From contig OZ024740.1 of the NCBI GenBank assembly GCA_964016885.1, positions 51,336,001 through 51,400,000 of the forward strand: a DNA stretch of 64,000 nucleotides, given 5' to 3'. Made by a program: the position numbers and the translations under genes. Origin of the DNA: Eledone cirrhosa (taxonomy: Eukaryota). Under the pieces are notes generated by a model. That model saw only the letters and a list, made by a program, of their open reading frames with translations, did no database searches and was not told the DNA's origin. Position 1 is the first letter of the stretch, and every line of letters begins with the position of its first letter. Of the stretch, positions 50,909-61,921 are shown in pieces.

Positions 50909-52417
50909 TGTAAAGGCTGCGTGTTTATGTTTCATGGTTGAGAAAAAGATCAGAAAGCATAGTTAAACATAATAAAGATTTATTTTTACTTGACATGAAC
51001 GCATGTACAAAGGGTGTGAAGTGGTACTGATATTTTGTGTAACGAAGCTGACGCGTAATGGCAAATCTCTTAAAGCAAGTACTTTGGAACCGATTTGTTG
51101 GTTACGGTAAATCTCCTAAAAGCCGTATAATGAAACTACTCTCATATATTAGAGAGCAAAGTTGCAGGAGTAGGGAAGCCATTATGAGGAGCTGGTGTCG
51201 ATGAAATGCCAAGCGCAACTGCTATGTAGCTTTGAAAGATGGTGCCTCGACCGGGAAAGCCATTAGTGAGCTGCTGGCGTTGATGAACTGCAAGGCGTAA
51301 TTGCTAGCTAGAACTGAAAAAAGGTGCGAAGCAACTGCTGGGCAGAAGTCTTCATTTGTATTCATACGCCACCAACTCTAAGGGCTGGCTAGTGACAACG
51401 TACGACCAAATTACTCCGCAGCGATAAAATAGAGCCATTGGTTGCTACACATTTTAGAAATATTTTAACTGAATAAATAACATTACAAATGCGTAAATAA
51501 CATTATAAGTTGCTCACAATTTGTTCAGAACATTACAAATATAACGTCTAAGCCAAGTATAATAAAAAAAATATATATAATTCATTGAATAATAATGATA
51601 AACGAAAGAAAAAAGAGGGGGGTGAAATCCCCCGCAAGTGTGACAATCAGCCACACCACACACCTTAGGGGTTAACTAAATGATTTTAATTATTTTCAGT
51701 TTAATCACTTAACTGCTATGTAAACATTTTCCTATCTTGTAATGGTTTTTAAATCTTATGCAGCCTGTGGCGTTCGAGACTTTTGGGGGAGTCGGGCTAT
51801 TGAATGCGAGTTTCCTATCTTTACTGGCGGCTCGCCTAACAGAGGTAACGCTGTGAGCGTGCTGGCTTGCCTAAAAAATCATTAGAAAAGTTTCCCAGTG
51901 CTCCTTGCGATACTGATATCTTTTACTCTAGTAACGGCTCGGTTGTCCAACCTTTAGCAGAAACATCTTTAAGATATTATTTTTTGGTTACAAGAAGGAT
52001 CCTTAATGAAGATTAGGTTATAAGGCTGCGTGTTTAAGTTTCTTCACGAGGAAAGGATCAAATAGGTAAGCAGAGCAAGGAAATATAAAAAAAGATTTAG
52101 TTTTCTTCATACAATAGAATGTTTGCCGCCATTGTGGCATATATCTAGGTAGGATGTTGCTGGGCCCTTGCTGAGAGGGCCAAAGTTCCTTGGTAAATGT
52201 TTCATCTTGCCAGTTGTTCTAGGGAACGCCATTAGTAACGTCTTGTCTCTACGAAAATAAAGCTGCAACTCTTTAAAAGTGAAAAGAAAGGCGCGAAGCA
52301 ACTGCTGGGCAGAAGTCGATTTTTTGGTATTCATACACCGCCAAGCCTAAGGGCTGGTGAGTGACAAGGTACGACCCAATCATCCCGCTGTGATATGGTA
52401 GTGCCATTGCTTGCTAC
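50909..52417. repeat. Two diverged direct repeats (50909-51448, 52020-52417) resembling solo LTRs
   Basis: Shared aaggctgcgtgttta start, gcgaagcaactgctgggcagaagtc, ctaagggctgg and ttgctaca end; first copy bounded by TG...CA; no clear TSD. Confidence 0.55.
51762..51860 (+). mobile_element. Short CRE-like endonuclease remnant
   Basis: PVAFETFGGVGLLNASFLSLLAARLTE. Confidence 0.5.
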
Positions 52418-55400
52418 AACCCCTTTCACCTGCCTTTTGTTATATATGGTCCTAGATGTGTGTGTTAACCGCTTCTGTGTTGTTATTTTTCTTTTCTCTT
52501 TCTTTTTTTCTTTTCACTTTTTTTCTCCTTTCTCTTTTTCTGTTTTCTCTTTCCCTTTCCTATATATTATATTAGTTTGTGCTTTCGTCCTGTAAGCATT
52601 GTATTATTATATTTCTTTTTATACAACAGTGAATAAATCGTTCCTTTTAATAAGGATGACTGATCGCATGATAAACCATATAACTGTCATTTCCCCTTAG
52701 CTGAGTGCATATATACATACAAATGCATAGCGAATTTTTTACGATTTAAGTCTGATTTTTAATAATTTTGTGAAAATAGTATTAAAATATATATGAATTG
52801 ACATTAAAATTTAAGAAATGTGACAAAATCATTAGAACACAATGGAAACCTCTTATAACATGCCACAGACAAAGGAAACTAGTTATAACTAACAGAGGCG
52901 AAGGGCCGTATGAAGTAGCAACAACCAATCATTGAAGGATTAAATACTTATCTAGTGACGTCATGAAGAGAAAGATGCGATACACCGAAATAATTTACAA
53001 TTTCGTTTGAAAAATATGTGGGTCAGTACATTTGTTTTATAAAATTATCATTAAAAATATCAAAATAGAAGTATATTAATTTCAAGATTAATTGAAATGA
53101 GCGCTAAGAATTAATTATAAACAATAAGCAGGCAAAACAAATCAGTGAGTGAATATTTTTATATTAGCTTAAATACACGACTGTGACCAGTATTGACAGC
53201 TTTGCGCAGAGGCGGTACCATGGCCAATGAGGTATATCCGAGGCGTGGTTATTGCTAGTTGAAAGCTATTCCCAATACTCCGTGTATGGTACCTGTGAGA
53301 TGTTAGACGCTATTTTTACAAACCTCACCGAGGTTGGTACTTAATTATAAAAATAGACAACTTCCATAACTAATAAACCTGAGAGATATAAATTGAATTA
53401 TATATGCAAACTTAGTCACCGAATTAATATTTAGCGAATCTCGCCGAAGCCAAACTCTTTTATTCATCCGGGATCGATGAAATAAATCATTTATCCATTA
53501 GACATTACCTGAAAGTTCGATAGTTGTCAACCAAAACGTGGCTGGTTGTCGAGAGAAGATAGCTTTAGTTTATCTAATGTCTATTGTGTTTATATATCAT
53601 GCCTATTGAGATGGAAACTGACAGGAGAGGATGAGGGAGATTTAACGGGCATGAAAGCTCGTCGATTTTATTTAGTGTTTACGTTATTTGGTCATCAATT
53701 TAGAAATAAAGTAATTAAATGAAACATACAGAAATATCTCACACGAGTGTCTATAATTGTCTCATCTTTATTGTTATGAGTGCGTGTTACAACTTGGAAA
53801 TAAGACATACCTTTTGAAATAATATATGTATAATTGGTATTATTAGTTGTAGAATTGGCGACGAGGTGAGAGAAATAGTTAGTCTCCACATGGTGTTATT
53901 GGTTTTCTGTTCCGAAGTTGAAGTCGCCTGAGAGAGAGTTGCTCTTAATATGTTCACTCCACATAGTGTGGGTAAAAATGAAAAGTGGGAGAAGGCAAAA
54001 TTATATCTTAACTCTTGGACGGCTAGCTTTGTAAGAGAGCGGGTACTTTCAGTTTTTTAATTTATAGTCTCCATGGGACTTAACTCTCCTTCTCGCCCCA
54101 AGGGGTTACTACAATACCCTTCTCCAGGCGATAGGCGAACAACTCGAAGGTAATTGTAACGAACCCGCAAGAATGGGATCAAGGCAAAGGTATGAAAAAG
54201 GTATATGCATACACAATACACAAAAAAGAAACTCTATAGTTAAAGAAAACTTTCAACTGTTAAGAAACAAGGTAAAGAAAAGCATGTAATACACAATACA
54301 AAAAAGGCTCCATAGTGGCCAGTTCAGATGAAAACTGTTTGACAAAGTCTTTTGGGCCAGTGGACTCTTCGACCGGAACGGGTCGTGGTCTTGTATGTAG
54401 GTGAAGGTGGGGCAGAGGGAACAGGTGTATGTACAATAGAGAAAGATGGGGTATTTGTGGCTCAGGTGTATGAGCGTCTGTGAATACTCTTTTCAGTCTG
54501 TCAACCGAAATTCTCTCTCTGGATCCCTTAATATCTACAGTAAAATGTTTGTCAGCACGTGCTAACACATGGTAGGGTCCAGAGTACGGTTGTGTGAGAG
54601 GTGGTCTAACAGCGTCGTCTCTAACAAAGACATGTGCCCACGAGGCAATATCCCTCGGGACTGCAATTTTAATAGTTTGTTTCCTGGTATCCATAGGCGG
54701 TAAGTCCTGAAAATACGAGCGCAAACGAGATACATAGGAAAGGGGATCTTGAATAACAAGATCGACAGGGGCAAGCATTTTCCCAGGCAACGCTAGAGGA
54801 GCACCATACAACAATTCAGCCGAGGAGAACCCAAGGTCCTCCTTTATTGAAGACCGAATTCCTAACAACACAATAGGAAGGTACTCGCTCCAACGTAGAG
54901 AGTCTGGATAGGCACGAAGAGCGGCCTTTAATTGGCGGTGAAAACGCTCCACCATTCCGTTTGAAGCAGGATGATAAGATGTGGTCCAAATGCGTTGAGT
55001 GCCAATCATTTTTGTTAATTCCGAGAAAAAATGTGATTCGAATTGCCTACCACGGTCTGTAGTAATTGTGGTTGGCACGCCATAGCGGGCAATCCACCCT
55101 GATACCAGGGCACACGCTATCGTGTCGGCGGTAATGTCCTTTAAGGGGATGGCTTCAGGCCATCGCAAAAAACGATCAATGCAGGTCAAAAGGTAAGAAT
55201 ATCCACTACTGACTGGCCAAGGTCCAACGATATCGATGTGGATGTGTCGAAAACGAGCATCCGGAGTACTAAAAGTACCTAGTGTCTGTGGACTTTAGAT
55301 TTTTGACACTGTATGCAGGAATGGCACCAAGCACTAATTTCACGCCTCATATTTGGCCAGAAAAATCTAGCTGTTATGAGCTTTACTGTGGCTGAAGATC

Positions 55401-57409
55401 CTGGGTGAGAAATGCTGTGCTAAGCAAGGAACACAATTCGACTGTGTGTCTCGGGAACATAAGGTCGTGGTGAATCCGTAGATACATCGCAGAGAATTTT
55501 CCTGTCGGTGGTCGACAAGGGCAGATATTTCAGGTTGCAAGTCGCAAATTCAGCTGATGAAGTATCCAACGATTCGAGTGCAGGTTGGTCTGCTGCCAAA
55601 CGACTTAATCTATCTCCTGGGATGACGAAATCGAGCTGATTGGCAAACGTGACAAGGCGTCTATAGCGGTGTTTAGTGAGCCAGAAATGTGCTGGATATC
55701 ATTGGTAAACTGCGAAATGTAATCGAGGTGTCTTGTCTCTCTGGGCAGATATCTGTTGGCTTTAGCCCTCAAAGTGAAGGTCAGAGGTTTGTGGTCAGTG
55801 AAAACCGCAAAATTTCTTCCCTCAAGAATATGAGAAAAATGTTTCACCGACAGATATATGGCTAATAATTCACGCCCAAACGTGCTGTAAGAAGTTTCTG
55901 TCGGTTTCAGCTTCCTGGAGAAAAATGCCAAAGGTTGTTGGTGTTCAGCGTTATACTGTTGTAAAACTGCTCCCACAGCAGTATCAGATGCATCGACACA
56001 AAGTGAAAGCTTGGCATCGGGTACCGGGTGGGCTAGCAAAGATGAATTAGCAAGTGCTGTCTTGGCAGTCTGGAAATCCTCGAGTTATGCTTGTGTCAAG
56101 GAAATATCCCCATTCTTCTTACGACGATCTTTCAAAATCTCGGTAAGGGAAAACAGTAATTTTGCACATTGAGGAACGAAACGTCTATAAAAATTGATTA
56201 GGCCTAGAAAGTGACGCAACTAGCGAAGTGAGGTAGGCGGAGGTAAATCCTGTATAGCCTTAACTCGCTGTGGAAGGGGTTGAATACCCTCGGCGTCGAT
56301 GATGTGACCTTAAAAATTCAGTGAAGCGGATCCGAAAACACACTTTGCGGGATTCACTCGAACGCGGTAATCCTGGAGTCGGCTAAATAAAAGGTCCAGG
56401 TGACGCATATGCTCTTCTGGAGAGGAACTAGCGACGAGAAGATTGTCTATATATATGCATAAACGAAATCCAGACCACGAGTGACCTCGTCTATGAACCG
56501 CTAAAAAGTGCTAGCGGCATTCCTGAGTCCGAAAGGCATGGTCAAAAACTCGAAGGATCCGAAAGGAGTCGTAATAGCTGTTTTCGGAATGTCTTCTTTC
56601 CTGACTGGCATTTGGTGGTAAGCCCGCACTAAATCGAGTTTGGAGAAAGTCTTACAACCCTGCAACGAAGATGCAAAATCCTGGAGGTGTGGAATCGGAT
56701 ATCTATCGGCGACGGTCATCGCGTTTAATCTCCTATAATCCCCAGTGGGTCTCCAGTCGCCAGAAGTCTTGGGCACCATATGTAACGGGGAAGCCCAAGG
56801 ACTCGTAGATGGGCGAATAATGCCCAGCTGCAGCATATGGTCGAACTCGGGCCATGCTGCCTTTAACTTGTCCGCCGGTAAACGACATAGACGTGAAAAT
56901 ACCGGAGCACCGGTTGTGGAAATAAAATGCTCGGTTGAATGAGTTGGCTCGGTAACACGAAAATTTCCATCGATGAGCTCCGGGAACGACTCTAACAACG
57001 AATGGTAGGCGTTTCCAGCGGCAGCGATGAAGTAGGTTGGGCTAACCGTTGAAGCACCGGCTCTTCGGCCACGAATTGAGAAACCGGTGATGTCATCCAC
57101 TATACGTTGGCCTCGGATATCCACAGTCAGGCAGAAATTATGGAGGAAATCCGCTCCTAAGATTGGGTATGGCAAGTCAGCGACCGTAAAAATCCCTACG
57201 GAGATTTTGGAATTTGAGGGGAAGCGAGATTTGTCCGTACGTCTTTATAGGTGAGTGGTTAACGGCCTGCAGAGTAACGGATGACTCCACGGGGGTATCC
57301 TTTAGGCAATGGACCGGCCAAATGCTACAGGAGGCTCCTGTATCCACGAGGAAGGCTCTTCCAGACAGGGGGTCCTTGATGAAGAAGTGGCGGTTTGGGT
57401 GCTTTACGC

Positions 57410-57452
57410 TGAGGTCGACTGCCGCCTTCAGCGAACCTCTCTGTCGTTTCCC
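57410..57452 (-). promoter_or_regulatory. Putative -1 ribosomal frameshift signal at the gag/pol junction
   Basis: G GGA AAC in gag register (TCG GGA AAC), gag stop shortly after, protease in the -1 frame, GAGGT/ACCTC stem 6 nt downstream. Confidence 0.75.
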
Positions 57453-58571
57453 GACTTCACAAAAGAACACGGCTGCACACAGTGGTTCGCGTTCTCAGCA
57501 AAACGCTGGTGGTACCAGCATAAAGATGAAGCTGGTGACCTGGGGCGGTGTCTGAAAGAGGTAGATCTACCGCGGCTGCGCGAGCATTACCAGAGGCCTT
57601 CAGCTTCTGTAGCTCCAGGGTGAGTTCTTGAATAGCTTTTTGCATAGCCATTATAGCTGCGCTGTCTGCATGAGTTGCTGCACTGGTGGCATGGCCAGGT
57701 GTGGCCTGAGTGGGGGTGAAACAGCAGCAAGGGCCTCGCTGCCTCCAGCACCTGTGACCTCAAAAACCTTGTCCGCAGAGGCGGCCAGTTGGTCCACAGA
57801 ACATGTATCCCTAATGGGGGCCAAAATTGCTTGAACGTTGGTCGGTTGCCGCGAGATAAACAACTTCTTCAACATCGCGGTTTCCGCTACCGAACCCTCT
57901 GTTAGGTCTTTCATCCGACGTAAGAGGTCCGATGGAGTGCCATCCCCGATATGCTCTAAATGGACCAGAGCTCTAAAGCGGACTGTGCAGTCCGGCTGAG
58001 TATTTCAGCCTTCAACGACTTATAAGTAGCGTCAGTCGGTGTCTCCAATACGAGATCCTTAATAGTTGGGAGAAGTGCCGGAGGAATGGCACTAAGGACG
58101 AGGGGACGTTGCTGCGCCTCAGCGATGTTATTAGCCTCGAAAAATGCTTCCATTTGAGCGAACCATAATTTCCCGTCGCCCGTAAAAGTAAGGAGAATTA
58201 GATTGAGCTGCTATTGGTGCAATCTCAGTAAGCGGCAAAATGCGTCTCCGTAAAGAAAAATACCTCGAACACAAGGGAAAAAGAAAATAAACCCACTTGT
58301 TTTTTTTTTATTTGTCTTATCTTCAAACAACTGGACAGGAAAAAGAATGTATCCGAAATATTGTGTAAGTGAGCGACTAAGCAAACAATGGCATTATCAA
58401 TACATCTACAGAGAACTTAAAGCAAAAACCAACATGGCGCACGGTTTCGCGCCAAATAACTGTTGAAGAAGAAAGCCACCATCTTCAAAAATTTCAGCAA
58501 AGGAAAAAAAAAAAAAATGTCAAACACTCTTTTTCTTTCTTTTTTTTAGTGGTATATTTTCCATATACCAA

Positions 58572-58585
58572 CGTCTGGGTCACCA
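58572..58585 (-). other. Primer binding site, tRNA-Trp-like
   Basis: TGGTGACCCAGACG adjacent to the LTR; one mismatch to the complement of the tRNA-Trp 3' end (CGUCGGGGUCACCA, from memory). Confidence 0.75.
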
Positions 58586-59261
58586 GTTTAACTGGCATGA
58601 AAGTCCGTCGATTTTATTTAGTGTTTACGTTATTTGGTCATCAATTTAGGAATAAAGTAATTAAATGAGACATGCTGAAATATCTCACACGAGTGTCTAT
58701 AATTGTCTCATCTTTATTGTTATGAGTGCGTGTTACAACTTGGCGACGAGGTGAGAGAAATAGTTAGTCTCCACATGGTGTTATTGGTTTTCTGTTCCGA
58801 AGTTGAAGTCGTCTGAGAGAGAGAGTTATTCTTAATATGTTCATTCCACAGAGATAACGTGGAACATTTCAGGTTCTGAACGTTGTCAACAGATATCAGA
58901 AAAAAATGCAATTCATGTCTAATGGAAAAAAACATACTCTCAATCATTCCCCGTAGATAAACCTACAATCGATCATGTCCTGAAAAAAAACGTACAATCG
59001 ATGGTGTCTAGTAAAAATGACATATTAATGATCATATCTTGTAAAAAACATTCTGTGATGATATGATTTTGTTTTATAGCATCACTTTTGTCTCTTTGAT
59101 TTGATTCCTTTTTATTCTTATTCGTTGTATTCGTTTTGTTCTTGTTTGTTGTATTGTTAACCCATACTAATTTCTTCTCTTATTGACTCTTTCTATATTA
59201 TTCTTAGATTGAATAAAAACCTTTGATTTGGTACAAAATAATACAACAATTTTATTCAATC

Positions 59262-61921
59262 ATGGATCCGAAAATATTCAAGAAAATTCTTCCGGATGAT
59301 CCTAGTGAATCCGATTATGCCTACTAGAAGAGAATGTTGGCGATCTATTTGGAAAACTTGTCTGTTCCTGACGAAAGTAAGCTGTCAGTCCTTCTGGTTC
59401 TTTGCGGAGCCAATACTTATACTCTCATTGGAGAAGCAACATTATTCGATGAGGCGTTATCCATTCTTGATAATAAATTTTAAAAGAAAGGCTCTGCAAT
59501 AATGACCCATCATAAACTACGCAACCATCGTCAACAAGAAGGGCAATTATTGGAGGCCTACATGACTGAATTAAAAGCCCTCGCAAGGAAATGCCCCACT
59601 AAACCCCTAACAGGGGAACAACATAGACAATTGTTGATTTGTGATGCGTTCGTGTTGGGTGTTCAATTCGCCACCATAAAACAACGACTTCTGGAATCAC
59701 CTGACGAAAATCTAGATAAAATATTCCAAACCGCTCTCACATTAGAACTGGCAATAGAAGACGCACAAAATCTGTCAACAACAACAATACAACTGCCGTC
59801 ACAACCCGTATTCGCTGCTTCTTCATCAAAATGTTTCTGGTGTGGTGGTTCATATCACCAAAGATCAGAGTGTCCTGCAAAAAATTCAACTTGCAATTTC
59901 TGCCACAAGAAAGGCCACTTGGCAACAGTATGTTTTGTTAAAAATAAGAAGGTGCTAAAGAAGGTAAAACACGCAGCAGTCTTGAATAATAACGAGGGCC
60001 CCGATGAAGCCTATGATGGCAGTAATCTTGCTGCCTGCTATAAACTTGCTTCCGTGAATCATAATACAAACCTTTTAACAATTTATGTCAATTCACATAA
60101 AACAGAAGGTTTACTTGACACAGGCTCAGACAAGTCTTTCATTGACATGAACTTCTTGTCGAAATGGCAAAGTAAATTCAAGAAAACTAAGAATAAGAGT
60201 GTAATTTTAGCCGACAACAGTAAACTCATAATACGAGGTACGTTTGAAACAACATTAGAATGGGAGGGCCGACAATACCACATCGATCTAATGGTGGTTG
60301 ACAAACTCATTGCTCCAGTAGTTATGGGTCTTGATATACTTAAAAGGCATAAGTCTTTAACAATAAAATATGCGGGGGACATGAGACCAGTCACGATATG
60401 TATGTCAATGCAAACTCTGAATTGTGAAGAATATGATTTAATGCCTGGTATCGATACTACAAAATTAAAACCATTATCTATACCTCCTCGAAAATACAAT
60501 AAAGATCAGCAATTCATTAAAACGGAAATCGACAGAATACTTAAAGCTGGAATAATTCAACAGAGCAGAAGCCATGGAGAGCGCAGTGCTTCGTAATAGA
60601 TCAAGAAAACAAAAAACGTCTTGTCATAGACTACTCAGGCACTATAAATCGTTACACACCATTAGATTCATACCCTAATGCCATAATCGAAGACCTAGTC
60701 AACAAAATTTCAAAACACGTATTTCTCGAAAATAGATCTAAAGGTGGCTTATCACCAAATACCCATCAAATCTTCCGACTTTAAGTTGACTGCATTCGAG
60801 GCCTGTGGCCGACTATACGAATTTACCCGTCTTCCGTTTGGATGCACAAATGCCGTTCCAATTTTCCAACGAATAATGGACACTTTCATAGACAATTACA
60901 ACTTACAAAATACCTACTCATACCTTGCCGACATTCCCGTTGCCTTTCATCCTTACGGGGTCGATAAAATAAAGTACCAGTAATGCACTGGGTAATTACT
61001 GGCCTTGTGCCAAAAGTAGAAACAATTATTATAGGAGGAGACACAGTCGAAGAACATAACCATAACCTAAAGCAATTCATGAATGCAGCTAACAATGCAG
61101 GTATGCAATTGAATCGAGACAAATGCAGCTTTAATCAAAATAGAATACATTTCCTTGGACATGTCATAGAAAAAGGTAAATTAAGATCGGACCCTGAAAG
61201 GTATAAAGCCCTTATCGACATGCCGTTCCCAAAGACGTTAAAAGAGTTGAACCGGGTAATCGGTCTTTTTGCATACTATGCTAAATGGATTAAGGGCTCT
61301 TCTAACCTCTCAGTCGTTCTTACAAAGGCAAGAAACACCATTGATAAACAAGGTCTATCAAACGAAGAAAAATCTACTATTAATAAGATGAAGGAAGAAC
61401 TCATAAAGGCATCAATGTGTTCACCCGATTTCACTACACCATTTATAATCGAAACCGACGCATCAGATATTGCCATTGGCGGAACTCTATCACAAAATGG
61501 TCGTCCAATTGCTTTTCTTAGTAGAACCCTAAATAAGTCAGAAAGAGGACATTCCATCTTCGAAAAGGAACCTTGCGCAATTATAGAATGTTGTAGAAAA
61601 TGGAGGCATATGATCAGCGCTGTTCCACATTGTAATATCATAACAGACCAACGATCGGTTGCATTTGCGTTCAACAAAAAACACACTTCCAAGATTAAAA
61701 ACGAGAAGGTAGCCCGCTGGCGACTGGAGCTAAGCGATCTTAATCTTACCTTCTCATATAGACCTGGTTCATTAAACCAAGCCGCAGACGCCCTATCGCG
61801 CTGCTGCTCTACTAAGACGGAACACGAATTATACAATATTCACTCATGTCTATGTTATCCGGGGGTCAGCAGACTTCTACATAATTGTAAATAAATGAAC
61901 TTGGCATATCCTATTTTAGAA
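59262..61921 (+). mobile_element. Gypsy element 2 (different lineage): gag-PR-RT-RH, cut at the integrase start by element 3
   Basis: CFWCGGSYH / CNFCHKKGHLATVC knuckles, LLDTGS, RLVIDYS, LPFGCTNA, YLAD|IIIGG, ETDASD, ITDQRS, ADALSR, HSCLCYPG. Confidence 0.94.
60936..61030 (+). mobile_element. 5'-truncated SINE inserted at the RT catalytic motif of Gypsy 2
   Basis: ttgcctttcatccttacggggtcgataaaataaagtaccag...gtagaaacaattatt lies between TAC CTT GCC GAC ATT and ATA GGA GGA. Confidence 0.92.

Larger units (their letters stand above)
53642..58850 (-). mobile_element. Gypsy LTR retrotransposon 1, structurally near-complete, ORFs disrupted
   Basis: LTR-like repeats 58588-58850 and 53642-54112; PBS TGGTGACCCAGACGT (tRNA-Trp-like); gag LWFAQMEAFF and CWYHQRF; PR FLVDTGA; [12 protein letters not shown] and MPFGLRNA; RH VDASD and FTDHKPL; [10 protein letters not shown] and NGMVERFHR; PPT ggagaagggta. 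Confidence 0.96.

Noticed and set aside
60983-61030. Novel N-terminus MHWVITGLVPKVET on the Gypsy RT/RH ORF
   Set aside because: It is the translated SINE tail.
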